NCBI GenBank assembly: GCA_966252305.1 | Contig: CBINOO010000002.1 | Span: forward strand, 20,089 to 84,088 | DNA length: 64,000 bases | Reading direction: 5' to 3' | Origin: an uncultured Acidimicrobiia bacterium | GTDB lineage: Bacteria > Acidobacteriota > Vicinamibacteria > Vicinamibacterales > SCN-69-37 | Shown here: positions 41,788 through 51,853 of the stretch, in pieces | Layout: each line of letters opens with the position of its first letter | Position numbering within the stretch: position 1 is the stretch's first letter | Notes under the pieces: generated by a model | Told to the model about the DNA's origin: nothing | Databases searched by the model: none | Seen by the model: only the letters and a program-made list of their open reading frames with translations | Translations under genes and position numbers: made by a program

Positions 41788-44079
41788 ATGCGTACGTTTG
41801 TTCGTTTCACGGTAACGACCGTGGCGGTGTTGGCGGCATGGTCGGGAATGGCCATCGCGCAGACCCCCGCCGGTACCGTTACCGGCAAAGTCACATTTCA
41901 ATCCACGGGGACGCCGGTTCACGGCGCAACCGTCATCATCATCGGCGCCAGGCGCACGACCACGACCAACGAAGACGGTGCGTTCACCGTGGCGAACGTC
42001 CCGCCGGGGGCCTACGAAGTGGTCGCGCAACGTGAACATTTCTCCGCGGCACGCAAGTCGGTCATCGTGAGCGCCGGCCAGACGGCGACCGTTGATTTTG
42101 CGCTCGCGCTCGAGACCGTGCACGAGACATTGACCGTCACTGCCAGCGCGGCCGGCACGTCAACGACGTTCGAGTCGTTCAACGCGATCACCAGTCTCGA
42201 CGGGGTCGAACTGGCCCGCAACATCGGGACCTCGATTGCCGACGCCCTGAGCACCGTGCCTGGCGTGTCGAAGCGGTCGTTCGGGCCGGGCAGCGGCCGA
42301 CCCATCATCCGAGGGTTTGACGGCGATCGCGTGCTCATCATGCAGGACGGCGTGCGCACCGGTGATTTGTCGAGCCAGTCGGGCGACCACGGTGTGTCGA
42401 TTGACGCCGGCGGCCTTGACCGGCTGGAGGTGGTCAAGGGGCCGGCCACGCTGCTGTATGGCAGCAACGCGATTGGCGGCGTCGTGAACGCCATCAGTCC
42501 GCAGGATGCGTTTCGCGTATCCCCATTCGTGGGCTCACTGGGTGGACTGACGTTTGATGCGAGCAGCGCCGATGAAGCCGTTGGCGCCAACGGCAGCGTC
42601 CAGTACGGCAAGGGCGGATGGACCGTGTGGGCCGGCGGCGGCGCGCGCCGCAGCAGCGACTACAAGACTCCGGACGCGACGATCGAGAACTCGGCGAGCC
42701 GCCTGCAAAACGGGCGAGCCGGCTTTGGGTACGTGGGTGAGCGCGCGTTCTTCAGTGCGGGCGCCTCGATCGAGGACGGCCGTTTTGGTATTCCGTTTGC
42801 GGGACTCTTCCACCACCATCACGAAGGGGAAGCGGAAGAAGAGGAACACGAGGGCGAGGAGCACGGCGCACAGGTCGACATCGCATCGTTGCGCAAGGAC
42901 TTCCGGGCCGACTTCGGACTGCGGAACCTTGCCGTCTCGTTCCTCGATACGGTCAAGCTGACGTTCAACTACACCGACTACAGCCACGACGAACTTGAAA
43001 TCGAGGACGGTGTCGAAGCCATCGGCACCCAGTTCACGAACAACACCGCGTCGCTGCGCGCCGAACTCGAACAGAAGCGCCGCGGCCGCCTGACCGGACG
43101 CATGGGCGGCGAATGGTTCCGCCGAGACTATGACGCCACGGGTGAAGAGGCTCTGGCGCCCAAGACCCAGCAGGATTCGCTCGCAGGATTCGTGTACGAA
43201 GAGATGGGCTTTGACCGCTTCCGCCTGCAGTTCGGCGCTCGCGTCGAGCACACCCGCTACGACGTCGGCGCGCGGCCGGAGGTCGAGCACGAGCATGAAG
43301 CCCCGCCTGTGCGGGACCGCTCGTTCACGGCCGTGTCAGGGTCCTTCGGTGTGCATGCCAACCTCGGCACCACCGGCGCGTTTGTCGTCAATCTGAGTGG
43401 GGCGTCACGCGCGCCTGCGCTGGAGGAGCTCTACAACTTCGGTCCTCACGTGGGCAATCTCGCCTTCGAAGTCGGCAATCCGGAACTCGACATCGAGCGG
43501 ACGCTCGGCATCGACGTGAGCCTGCGCAGCCGCGCGCAGAAGGCGCAGGGTGAACTCAATCTGTTCGCCTACAACATCAGCAACTTCGTCTTCCTTGACC
43601 TGCACGACGAGTTGATCGACGGGTTGCGCGAGGCGGATGTCGTGCAGGCCGACGCGCGGTTCATCGGCGTCGAGGCGTCCGGCAGTGTTGACCTGCACGA
43701 GCGGTTGCATCTGCACGCGGGCGCGAGCTACGTGCGTGCGTCACTCACCGACTCGAGCGAGGCCCTGCCGCGGATTCCTCCGTTTTCGGCCCGCATCGAA
43801 CTGGACATGCCGTTTGGTGACTTCAAGGTCGGGCCTGAACTGGTGCTGACCGCCGCGCAGAACCGGGTGTTCCGCAACGAGACGACGACTGACGGATCGG
43901 CCGTGCTCAACCTCAACGCCACCTATCTGGTCGCGCGAGGCCATGCGACGCACACGGTGGCGCTGAAGGCCTACAACCTGACCAATGAGGCCTGGCGGCT
44001 GCACACGTCCTTCATCAAGGATCTGGCGAACGAGATGGGCCGTGGCGTGAAGGTGACCTACAGCGTGAAGTTCTTCTAA
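41788..44079 (+). CDS. TonB-dependent receptor with CarboxypepD_reg N-domain and His/Glu-rich loop
   Basis: GGGAGA precedes ATG 41788. Signal peptide, GTVTGKVTF..GAYEVVA, plug motifs (DALSTVPGV, RGFDGDRVLIMQDGV), and a C-terminal ..VKVTYSVKFF terminal Phe. Contains FHHHHEGEAEEEEHEGEEHG. Confidence 0.9.
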   Translation: MRTFVRFTVTTVAVLAAWSGMAIAQTPAGTVTGKVTFQSTGTPVHGATVIIIGARRTTTTNEDGAFTVANVPPGAYEVVAQREHFSAARKSVIVSAGQTATVDFALALETVHETLTVTASAAGTSTTFESFNAITSLDGVELARNIGTSIADALSTVPGVSKRSFGPGSGRPIIRGFDGDRVLIMQDGVRTGDLSSQSGDHGVSIDAGGLDRLEVVKGPATLLYGSNAIGGVVNAISPQDAFRVSPFVGSLGGLTFDASSADEAVGANGSVQYGKGGWTVWAGGGARRSSDYKTPDATIENSASRLQNGRAGFGYVGERAFFSAGASIEDGRFGIPFAGLFHHHHEGEAEEEEHEGEEHGAQVDIASLRKDFRADFGLRNLAVSFLDTVKLTFNYTDYSHDELEIEDGVEAIGTQFTNNTASLRAELEQKRRGRLTGRMGGEWFRRDYDATGEEALAPKTQQDSLAGFVYEEMGFDRFRLQFGARVEHTRYDVGARPEVEHEHEAPPVRDRSFTAVSGSFGVHANLGTTGAFVVNLSGASRAPALEELYNFGPHVGNLAFEVGNPELDIERTLGIDVSLRSRAQKAQGELNLFAYNISNFVFLDLHDELIDGLREADVVQADARFIGVEASGSVDLHERLHLHAGASYVRASLTDSSEALPRIPPFSARIELDMPFGDFKVGPELVLTAAQNRVFRNETTTDGSAVLNLNATYLVARGHATHTVALKAYNLTNEAWRLHTSFIKDLANEMGRGVKVTYSVKFF

Positions 44080-44092
44080 GCCTGACCGGAGG

Positions 44093-45253
44093 TCAGCGCT
44101 TCGCGGGGGCGGGCGCGCGGCCCACTCGGAGCATATTGAGGGGGGCGGCCTCGCGCAAGACTCGGAGCATGTTGCGGCCGGCGATCTTCCGGATGTCCTC
44201 ATCGGAGTAGCCGCGCCGCAACAGTTCCGCCAGCAGATCGGGATACGTTGAGGTGTCTTCCAGACCCATGACGACCTGCGTGATGCCGTCGAAGTCGCCA
44301 CCCAGTCCAATCGCATCGATGCCGGCCACCTCGCGGATGTGGTCGATGTGATCGGCCACCTGGATCAACGTGGCGCGCGGCACTTCCTTGCCGGCGCGCT
44401 GATCGGCGGGCAGGGCATTAAAGTCCGCCACCTCCTGCGACACGAATCCCGGCACGAACGTCACCATGATGATCCCGCGGTTGGCTTTCAACTGCCGCAG
44501 GATGTCATCAGGCACATTGCGTGAGACGTTGGTGACGGCCTTGGCGGCCGCGTGCGAAAACATCACCGGCGCGGTCGTGACCCGCAGCGCATCGGCCATC
44601 GTCTCTGGCGAGACATGGCTGAGATCGACCAGCATGCCGAGCCGGTTCATTTCTCGGACGATCTCCTCGCCGAACTCCGTCAGACCGTTGTGCTCGGGGG
44701 CCATGGCAGCCGAGTCGGCCCACGGGGTGTGGTTGTTGTGGGTGAGCGTCATGTAGCGCGCGCCGAGGCGATACATCATCCGCAACGCGCCGATCGAGTT
44801 GCCGATCGAGTGGCCGCCTTCCATCCCGATGAGCGACGCGATCTTGCCTGACTTCTGGATCCGTTCGACGTCGGCGGCCGACAGCGCCAGCTCGAGTTTC
44901 TGCGGCCAGGCCGCAATCATGCGGTGGACGGTGTCGATCTGTTCAAGCGTCGCCAGGGTCGCGGTCGGGCCCGGCAGCGAAGACGGCACGTACACCGACC
45001 AGAACTGAGCGCCGACGCCGCCCTGTGCCAGCCGCGCGAAGTCGGTGTGCAGCTTCGGCTGCGGCGCCGTCAACGGGAACTGCGTCAGGTCGCCCTTCGC
45101 CAGTTCGCGGATCTGCCACGGGTAGTCGTTGTGACCGTCAAATACGGGGACTTCCCGCAGGAGTCGTCGAGCGCGTTCAATCATGGGGTCGGATTGCTGG
45201 GCCGTGACGGTCGCCACACCAAGAAGCGCACAGATCAGCCACGTGAATCTCAT
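44093..45253 (-). CDS. Membrane dipeptidase (peptidase M19)
   Basis: [24 protein letters not shown] and DLSHVS motifs. Signal peptide. Confidence 0.9.
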   Translation of the reverse strand: MRFTWLICALLGVATVTAQQSDPMIERARRLLREVPVFDGHNDYPWQIRELAKGDLTQFPLTAPQPKLHTDFARLAQGGVGAQFWSVYVPSSLPGPTATLATLEQIDTVHRMIAAWPQKLELALSAADVERIQKSGKIASLIGMEGGHSIGNSIGALRMMYRLGARYMTLTHNNHTPWADSAAMAPEHNGLTEFGEEIVREMNRLGMLVDLSHVSPETMADALRVTTAPVMFSHAAAKAVTNVSRNVPDDILRQLKANRGIIMVTFVPGFVSQEVADFNALPADQRAGKEVPRATLIQVADHIDHIREVAGIDAIGLGGDFDGITQVVMGLEDTSTYPDLLAELLRRGYSDEDIRKIAGRNMLRVLREAAPLNMLRVGRAPAPAKR

Positions 45254-45259
45254 CTGCGA

Positions 45260-45265
45260 ATTATA
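45260..45265 (-). promoter_or_regulatory. -10 TATAAT, 6 nt before ATG 45253 (dipeptidase)
   Basis: Minus strand: ttcacTATAATtcgcagATG. Confidence 0.6.
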
Positions 45266-45293
45266 GTGAACCCGCGCCCGTGAACGCGCGAGG

Positions 45294-47936
45294 TCAGTCG
45301 CGCAGCGTCGAGACCGGGTTCACGCGTGCGGCGGCACGCGCCGGCAGCAGTGTGGCAAGCACGGCCACGGTGCCAAGCACGACGGGGCCGAGAATGAAGA
45401 GGATCGGCTCGAATCCGATGACGCCGAACAACATGTTCTGCATGCCGCGCGCCAGCAACGCGCCGAGTGTCAACCCGATGCCGATCCCGATGGCCGCCAT
45501 GCGGAGACCCTGACGCAGTGTGAGCGACAGCACCTGTCGCGCTGAGGCGCCGAGCGCCATGCGCACGCCGATTTCGTGACGCCGCTGAGACACGTAGTGC
45601 GCCATGACGCTGTAGATGCCGGCGCTCGCCAGGAACAACGAGATCACGCCGAATGCGGCCATGAACTGCGAGATGAATCGCAGTCCGGTCGTGCGCGTCC
45701 GGATGGCCGCATGCATCGTCTCGGTGTTGAAGACCGGCAGGTGGGGGTCGGTGGCCGAGACGGCTCCACGCAGCGCCTCAATGTGCGCGCCATCGCTGCC
45801 CGGGCCACGGGCGAGCAGATGGATCTCGGTGCTGGGGAATTGATCGACGGGCACGTAGATCGTCGGGGCGTTGCGCGATGAGAACCAGTCATCCAGCACG
45901 TTGCCGGAGACGCCGACGATGGTCAGCCATTGGTCTGCTGTTGGGCTCAGCTTGACCCGACGGCCAAGGGGCGACTCGTCGGGCCAGTACAGATTGGCGA
46001 GCGACTGGCTGACGATGGCCACCGGTTCCCGATCGTGCCGATCGTCCGCGGTGAATGCCCGTCCCTGAAGCATCGGAATGCGCAGGACGGCGTGGAAGGC
46101 AGGGGACACGGCGCGGTAGTTGATCCATCGGGGACCATCCGGCTCAGGCGCGCGCCCGTCCAGGACGAGCTGTCGTCGCTGGTTGCTCGACGTGGATGGC
46201 GCGACCGACGTGGTGGCGTACTCGGCGACGCCCGGCGCCGCTGCCGTTCGGGCCAGCAGGCGCGCCGTGAAATCACGCCGGGCGGCCAGGTCGGGATAAG
46301 CCCCTTCCGACAGGCTCATTCGCACGCGCACCAGGCCATCGGGCTCGTAGCCTTGTGGGCCGGAGGCCAGCCGGTGTGCCGCCATCGCGGCGAGGCCCGC
46401 GCACAGGAGCAGTGGCAATGCGAATGAAATCTCGGCGACCACCAGTGCGCGGCGCACGCGGTTGCGCCCCGCGCCGGATGTCTGGGATCGACCGCCGTCC
46501 TTGAGCGCCGACGTGAGGTTCGGACGTGAGGCCTTGAGCGCAGGCAGCAGGCTGAAGATGACGGCGCACACGATGGAGAACACCGCCGTCGCGAGAATGA
46601 CGCGCCCATTCACGTTCATCGAGGTCCAGCCTGGAACGAACCGCAGCAGCTCGGGCGGCATCACGGTTCGAGCGACGCCGATCGCCCCTTTGGCCACGAG
46701 CAGGGCCAGCGGCAGGGCGACCAGGGACAACACGACGCCTTCAACAAGCAGCTGCCTTACGAGTTTCCAGCGCGATGCTCCAATCGCCAGACGAACGGCC
46801 AGTTCGCGTTCGCGATCGGCACTGCGCGCCAGGAACAGGTTGATCACGTTGGTGCCAGCGATCAACATCAGCAGGAGTGCGGCCGCTTGCCACAGCCCCA
46901 ACACTCGCGGAAGGCCGTAATCGACCATCGCCGACCCAAACGGCAGGACGGTGAGGGAGTAGCGTCTGTTGTCGGCGTGTGCGTCCTTGAGCGGCGCGTA
47001 GGCGGCAGTCATTTCCGCCTGTGCCTGCGCGGTCGTCGTTCCTGGTGTGAGCTCGCCGACGACTGTCAGATACCGGCTTCGGCGATTCGCGCGATCGTCC
47101 GCGGAGAACGTCGCCGGCGTCCAGAGTTCGGAGCCGGTTGGAAAGCCGAATTCGGCCGGAGCTATGCCGATCACCGTATACGGTTCACCATCGAGCTGGA
47201 CCGCGCGGCCGATGATGTCGGCCGCCTGTCCGAAACGCCGGTGCCACAACGTCTCGCTGATGACGACGGTCTTTGCCGCGCCTTCGCGTTCATCGTCGCT
47301 GTTGAAAAAGCGTCCCTGGACGGGTTGTTGGCCCAGCATCGAAAAGAAGTCGGCGCCGACCTGCGAGCCCGAGAGGCGTTCAGGCTGGTCACCTCCGGAG
47401 AGATTGGCATCCCACCAGTTGATCGTGGTCATGCGACTGATTGCGCCACCGGCGCGTGCGCGCAGATCCCAGTAGTTGCCCGGGGCCACAGATTCCTGTG
47501 GAAACGGCTCCTCGGGCGAGAGCTCGGACACGACGACGAGGCGGTCGACGGTGGGGATCGTGAATGGCCGCAGCAGCAGGCCATCCACCATGCCGAAGGT
47601 GGCCGCGTTGAGGCCAAGGCCGACGGCGAGTGTGAGGATGATGGCGGCACTGACCGTGCGTTGTCGCAGCATTGTGCGAAGTGCCAGCCGGCAGTCGTTC
47701 AAGAGCGTGCGCATCAGGGAATCTCCGTGACCAACCGGACCGGCGGCGGTCGTTGACGATGAAGGCAGCGTCAGCCGCCAGGTTTCGAGCCAGTACCAGC
47801 GTGAAGCGGCCGCGCGGCCACGCCGGCGTGCCATGACCTCGAATTCCTCGCGCAAGTCGCCCAGCGTGACGTCCAGCCAGGGCTGATGCCTGAGGCGGCG
47901 CTTGAGGAGAGCGGTGGCGAGGCGAGGGGGTGTCAT
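45294..47936 (-). CDS. ADOP-type duplicated FtsX permease with N-terminal prefix domain
   Basis: 880 aa. Two FtsX modules ([26 protein letters not shown]). The start overlaps the PadR stop (TGATG). Confidence 0.9.
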   Translation of the reverse strand: MTPPRLATALLKRRLRHQPWLDVTLGDLREEFEVMARRRGRAAASRWYWLETWRLTLPSSSTTAAGPVGHGDSLMRTLLNDCRLALRTMLRQRTVSAAIILTLAVGLGLNAATFGMVDGLLLRPFTIPTVDRLVVVSELSPEEPFPQESVAPGNYWDLRARAGGAISRMTTINWWDANLSGGDQPERLSGSQVGADFFSMLGQQPVQGRFFNSDDEREGAAKTVVISETLWHRRFGQAADIIGRAVQLDGEPYTVIGIAPAEFGFPTGSELWTPATFSADDRANRRSRYLTVVGELTPGTTTAQAQAEMTAAYAPLKDAHADNRRYSLTVLPFGSAMVDYGLPRVLGLWQAAALLLMLIAGTNVINLFLARSADRERELAVRLAIGASRWKLVRQLLVEGVVLSLVALPLALLVAKGAIGVARTVMPPELLRFVPGWTSMNVNGRVILATAVFSIVCAVIFSLLPALKASRPNLTSALKDGGRSQTSGAGRNRVRRALVVAEISFALPLLLCAGLAAMAAHRLASGPQGYEPDGLVRVRMSLSEGAYPDLAARRDFTARLLARTAAAPGVAEYATTSVAPSTSSNQRRQLVLDGRAPEPDGPRWINYRAVSPAFHAVLRIPMLQGRAFTADDRHDREPVAIVSQSLANLYWPDESPLGRRVKLSPTADQWLTIVGVSGNVLDDWFSSRNAPTIYVPVDQFPSTEIHLLARGPGSDGAHIEALRGAVSATDPHLPVFNTETMHAAIRTRTTGLRFISQFMAAFGVISLFLASAGIYSVMAHYVSQRRHEIGVRMALGASARQVLSLTLRQGLRMAAIGIGIGLTLGALLARGMQNMLFGVIGFEPILFILGPVVLGTVAVLATLLPARAAARVNPVSTLRD

Positions 47937-48292
47937 CAGCGTTTCGGGGAGAGCAATGGAGCCAGCCCTGCGGCCATGGTCATCACTGCCGACTGGGCGT
48001 GTCGCACTGCCTTCAGGCCCAGTGGGGTGACGTCGTAGTAACGCCGCGCGCGACCGCCGCGCACGGCCAATGGCTCACCCATCGTTGACTGGACCAGGCC
48101 CTTGGCTTCGAGGCGGTCAAGCGAGGTGTGGACCGCGCCTCTCGCGACTGTGCGGCCTGTTTTGTCGATGAGCAGCTGGCGGATGGGCACGGTGTACGCC
48201 TCGACGTCTTCCTGGCGGCATTGCAGGATGGCCAGGAGCAGGAGGTGTTCAAATTCGCCGATGGGCGGCAGGGATTTCGACATGGCCGTCAT
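47936..48292 (-). CDS. PadR-family transcriptional regulator
   Basis: FEHLLLLAIL..YTVPIRQ..GAVHTSLDRLEAKGLV..RRYYDVTPLG is a winged-helix PadR pattern. Confidence 0.85.
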   Translation of the reverse strand: MTAMSKSLPPIGEFEHLLLLAILQCRQEDVEAYTVPIRQLLIDKTGRTVARGAVHTSLDRLEAKGLVQSTMGEPLAVRGGRARRYYDVTPLGLKAVRHAQSAVMTMAAGLAPLLSPKR

Positions 48293-48299
48293 TGTAGGC

Positions 48300-48305
48300 A
48301 AAATA
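48300..48305 (-). promoter_or_regulatory. -10-like TATTTT, 7 nt before ATG 48292 (PadR)
   Basis: Minus strand: cccgTATTTTgcctacaATG. Confidence 0.45.
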
Positions 48306-48362
48306 CGGGCCTGGGGGGATCCGGGTTCCCGCCCTCCCTCATTCCCTTGCGCGTTGTTGTGT

Positions 48363-48379
48363 TCTGACGTACTGTCAGA
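48363..48379. promoter_or_regulatory. Inverted repeat TCTGAC-N5-GTCAGA overlapping the putative -10 of the PadR gene at 48386 (candidate PadR operator)
   Basis: 6-bp perfect arms lying 7 nt upstream of the ATG. Confidence 0.45.
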
Positions 48380-48385
48380 CTGCCT

Positions 48386-48670
48386 ATGGTGTCCGACCTC
48401 GAAGCACTCATCCTCGACCTGCTGTCGGCCAACGCGCCGACGTATGGCCTTGACCTTGTCGCCGCCTCGAAAGGCCGTCTCAAACGGGGATCGGTCTACG
48501 TCACGCTCCAGCGCATGGAGCAGAAGGGGCTCGTCACCTCGCACCTCGACGAGCGCCCGGGGGAAGGTCCACCTCGTCGGCTCTACGAACCCACCGCCTA
48601 CGGCCTCCGGGCCCTTATCGCCGCTCGCATCATGGACGGCGACCTGCCCATGGGGGCGCATCTCAGGTGA
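48386..48670 (+). CDS. PadR-family transcriptional regulator
   Basis: LEALILDLLS..YGLDL..GSVYVTLQRMEQKGLV..RRLYEPTAYG. Confidence 0.85.
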   Translation: MVSDLEALILDLLSANAPTYGLDLVAASKGRLKRGSVYVTLQRMEQKGLVTSHLDERPGEGPPRRLYEPTAYGLRALIAARIMDGDLPMGAHLR

Positions 48671-51381
48671 CGAGGTGGCGAGGCTTGCCGGGCCGTAGCC
48701 TTGGCGAAGGCCGGTGCGAGATGAGTGTCTGGCGGCAAATCTGGGCTGATGTTGTCCATGAGTGGCAAGCCGCGCGTGGGCTCGGACGGTGCGCCGTCGT
48801 CATTGGCGCACTGCTGGCAGCGCTGCGAACCACTCTCGCGTTGTCTCCGAGGGGCCTGATGCCGATGCGAGACCTTGGCCGTGACGTGGCCCACGCCGGG
48901 CGACGCCTGAAAGCGTCGCCGATGTTCACACTCTTTGCGATTCTGACTCTCGCGCTGAGTATTGGGGCGACGACCGCCGTGTACTCGGTCGTTCACGCAG
49001 TGGCATTCAAGGCGCCGGCGATCGACGACGTGGAACGGGTCGTCAAGCTCTATCACGCGCCGGGGGGCGGTGCCTCCATCTCGGGCTTCTCGTGGCTGGA
49101 CTTCAACGACTTGAAGATCCGCCAACAGACGTTCAGCCATGTCGCGGCATGGTCTCGCTTCTCCAGCGCCATGGCGACACCGTCCGGCTCAAGGTCAGTC
49201 ACCGGGGAGATGGTGGACGGCGACTACTTTGCCACCGTCCGCGCCCTGCCGCTGCACGGACGGTTGCTGCAACCTGCTGACGACGATCCAGGCGCAGAGC
49301 CGGTGATCGTATTGGGCGCGGAGTTCTGGCAGTCGGCGTTCAACAGCGATCCTGCAGTGGTGGGCACGTCCGTCGCACTTGGCGGTGCGCCGTTTGTCGT
49401 CGTCGGGGTCGCTCATCCGGATGTGCGTGGCGTCGACATGCCCACGCTTGCTCCATCCGCGGCGTGGATTCCGATACAGCAGCGGACAAAGCTCGCCCGG
49501 CCCGGGGACCTCGCGTTCGGGAACGATGACGACCGCAACCGGCGCTGGGTGCGTGCGATTGCGCGCCTTCGTGAGAAAGAGACAGTTGAGAGCGCCGGGC
49601 TCGAATTGCGTGAAATGGGGGCCGCACTTGATGCGGCGGCGCCGATCGGGGCTGCGAACCCGTCCGCGCCAGACTCTCGTCGCGACTACAGCAACAGTCG
49701 GGGATGGTTTGCCCGTCGCTTCTCGGACGTGCGGATCCACGAGAGCATGGATCGCGTGGCGACGCCGGTGATCGCAACGCTGTTCGTCTCGGTCGGTCTG
49801 GTCCTGCTGGTGGCCTGCACGAATCTGGCGAACCTCCTGCTGGCGAGAGGCGCGGCGCGTCGCCATGAGATGTCGGTGCGCCGAGCGCTCGGAGCATCGC
49901 GTGCGCGAGTGATTCGGGAACAGCTGGTGGAGTGTGCCGTGCTGGCTGTGGCCGGCGGAGGCGCCGGTGTTCTCGTCGCCAGGTGGCTGCTGGTCATGTT
50001 GTCGACAGACTTCAGCGTGGGCGACAACCCGGGCATCGTGATCAGCGTGCGACCCGAGTTGAATCCGGCAGCCTTGCTGGTGGCGTCGGCCGCCACGGCA
50101 TTGGCCATGGCCGTCTGCGGCCTGGTGCCGGCGTGGCACTCCACCGGTGGCGACGTCAGAGCCGCCATCGCACGTGATGGCGGCGGTGCCCTGCCGCGCT
50201 GGCGAGGGCGCCGCTTCCTGATTGGCGCACAAGTCGCGGTGTCTGTGGCCCTGCTGGCCCTCACGGCCGTCAGTGCCGGCAATGCGTGGCGGATGGCACG
50301 CGCTGACACCGGCATTGCCCTCGACCAGCTGTCGCTGGTCACGGTGGACCCGAGCGCATCGAGGCTGTCGACCGGCGACGCCATTGCCCTCTTTGACCGC
50401 GCCGCCTCCCGCGCTCGCCAGACGCCAGGCGTCTCAGCCGTCGCCATCGCCACGGGCCTGCCCGTCGGCACAGGGTCCACCAATCTGGCTCTGCGCACAG
50501 CTGATCAACCGCAACCAGGCTCATGGGTGCGCGCGGTCGAAGCCGGTGCCGGTTATCTGACGACCGCCGGCTGGCCTGTGCTGCACGGCCGTGATCTGAC
50601 CGTGGATGACCAGGGGGGAACGGCGATTCTGATCAGCGCGGGTGCGGCCAGGCGTGTGTTCGGGCGTGTCGACGTAGTCGGCCGCGCGCTCACGTATCGC
50701 CGCCAGGCATATCTCGGCGAACCCGACCCCGTCGACGCCACGGCCACCATCGTCGGTGTCGTGTCTGACGTCAGTGACCCCGGCAGGCGATTCGGCGACG
50801 AGGGCTTCGCCGTGCTGGCGCTTGGTCCACAGACGTCAAATCGTCGGCTGACTCTGATCGCGAAGACATCGATGCCGGTCGACACCGTGGCCGCCCTCCG
50901 AGCGGCCGTCTCTGACGTCGATGCGCGCCTGGCGGTCACGCAGGTCGCGACCGGCGCCTCGCTCATCGATGGGATGACGATGTTGTTGCGGGTTGTGGGG
51001 AGCACGGCAGGAGTCCTTGGTGGTTTCGCCTTGTTGCTGGCATTGGTGGGGCTCTACGGCGTGTTGTCGTTCGTCGTCGCCCGTCGGCGCCGGGAGATCG
51101 GTGTGCGGATGGCGCTGGGGGCGGAACGGTCCACCGTGCACCGGATGGTGTTGCGCGACGGCCTTCAGCCGGTGGGCTGGGGTCTGCTGATTGGCAGCCT
51201 TGTGGCAGCGCCGGTGCTGCTGAGTCCGCTGGGACGTTCCATGCTGCGCCTGGATGCGGGTGGCCTGACGTGGGCAGTGCTGGCTCCGCTCACGATGTAC
51301 GTCCTGTCGGTTGTCGCCATCTGGATTCCCGCCCGCCGCGCGTCCACCGTCAATCCGACCATCGCGCTCCGGGACCACTGA
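48667..51381 (+). CDS. ADOP-type duplicated FtsX permease
   Basis: GTGA overlap with the PadR gene. 904 aa. Two FtsX modules ([26 protein letters not shown]). Confidence 0.9.
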   Translation: MTRWRGLPGRSLGEGRCEMSVWRQIWADVVHEWQAARGLGRCAVVIGALLAALRTTLALSPRGLMPMRDLGRDVAHAGRRLKASPMFTLFAILTLALSIGATTAVYSVVHAVAFKAPAIDDVERVVKLYHAPGGGASISGFSWLDFNDLKIRQQTFSHVAAWSRFSSAMATPSGSRSVTGEMVDGDYFATVRALPLHGRLLQPADDDPGAEPVIVLGAEFWQSAFNSDPAVVGTSVALGGAPFVVVGVAHPDVRGVDMPTLAPSAAWIPIQQRTKLARPGDLAFGNDDDRNRRWVRAIARLREKETVESAGLELREMGAALDAAAPIGAANPSAPDSRRDYSNSRGWFARRFSDVRIHESMDRVATPVIATLFVSVGLVLLVACTNLANLLLARGAARRHEMSVRRALGASRARVIREQLVECAVLAVAGGGAGVLVARWLLVMLSTDFSVGDNPGIVISVRPELNPAALLVASAATALAMAVCGLVPAWHSTGGDVRAAIARDGGGALPRWRGRRFLIGAQVAVSVALLALTAVSAGNAWRMARADTGIALDQLSLVTVDPSASRLSTGDAIALFDRAASRARQTPGVSAVAIATGLPVGTGSTNLALRTADQPQPGSWVRAVEAGAGYLTTAGWPVLHGRDLTVDDQGGTAILISAGAARRVFGRVDVVGRALTYRRQAYLGEPDPVDATATIVGVVSDVSDPGRRFGDEGFAVLALGPQTSNRRLTLIAKTSMPVDTVAALRAAVSDVDARLAVTQVATGASLIDGMTMLLRVVGSTAGVLGGFALLLALVGLYGVLSFVVARRRREIGVRMALGAERSTVHRMVLRDGLQPVGWGLLIGSLVAAPVLLSPLGRSMLRLDAGGLTWAVLAPLTMYVLSVVAIWIPARRASTVNPTIALRDH

Positions 51382-51390
51382 CGTCCACCG

Positions 51391-51438
51391 GCCACCCGCC
51401 GCCACCTGCCGCCACCTGCCCCGCCTGCCGCCACTTGC
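51391..51438. repeat. Tandem decamer array (GCCACCYGCC-like, about 5 units) immediately upstream of the OsmC -10 box
   Basis: Units: gccacccgcc gccacctgcc gccacctgcc ccgcctgcc gccacttgc. Confidence 0.8.
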
Positions 51439-51439
51439 T

Positions 51440-51445
51440 TACAAT
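51440..51445 (+). promoter_or_regulatory. -10 TACAAT, 6 nt before ATG 51452 (OsmC)
   Basis: gctTACAATctctccATG, with TGCCCC 17 bp upstream. Confidence 0.6.
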
Positions 51446-51451
51446 CTCTCC

Positions 51452-51853
51452 ATGGCCGTTCCCTCTCTTTCGCTCCAGTGGCACAGTGAGTTCAATCTTT
51501 CAGCCCCAGAAGGCTTCCCGCCGATCACGCTCGACAGCGGCAAGCCCGACATTCCGTCCCCGATGCAGGCGGTGGCCTACGGCCTCATGGGGTGCATGGC
51601 CATGGACATCGTCCTCATCCTGCAGAAAGGGCGTCATGACCTGCGGGGTCTGACCGCACACTTCGACGGCGAACGCGCTGAGACCCATCCAAAGCGCTAC
51701 GTGAAGATGCACCTTCGATTCGAGATCACGGGCAACGTGCCGGAGGACGCCGTCAAACGCGCGATCGAGCTTTCGCACAGCACGTATTGCTCCGTGTCGA
51801 ACTCCCTGCGTCAGGACATCGACTTCACCACGTCGTTTACGATTACCGCCTAA
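51452..51853 (+). CDS. OsmC/Ohr-family peroxiredoxin-like protein
   Basis: GLMGCMAMDIV and SHSTYCSVSNSL provide the two conserved Cys. Internal ATG 51452 of ORF 51311..51853. Confidence 0.8.
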   Translation: MAVPSLSLQWHSEFNLSAPEGFPPITLDSGKPDIPSPMQAVAYGLMGCMAMDIVLILQKGRHDLRGLTAHFDGERAETHPKRYVKMHLRFEITGNVPEDAVKRAIELSHSTYCSVSNSLRQDIDFTTSFTITA

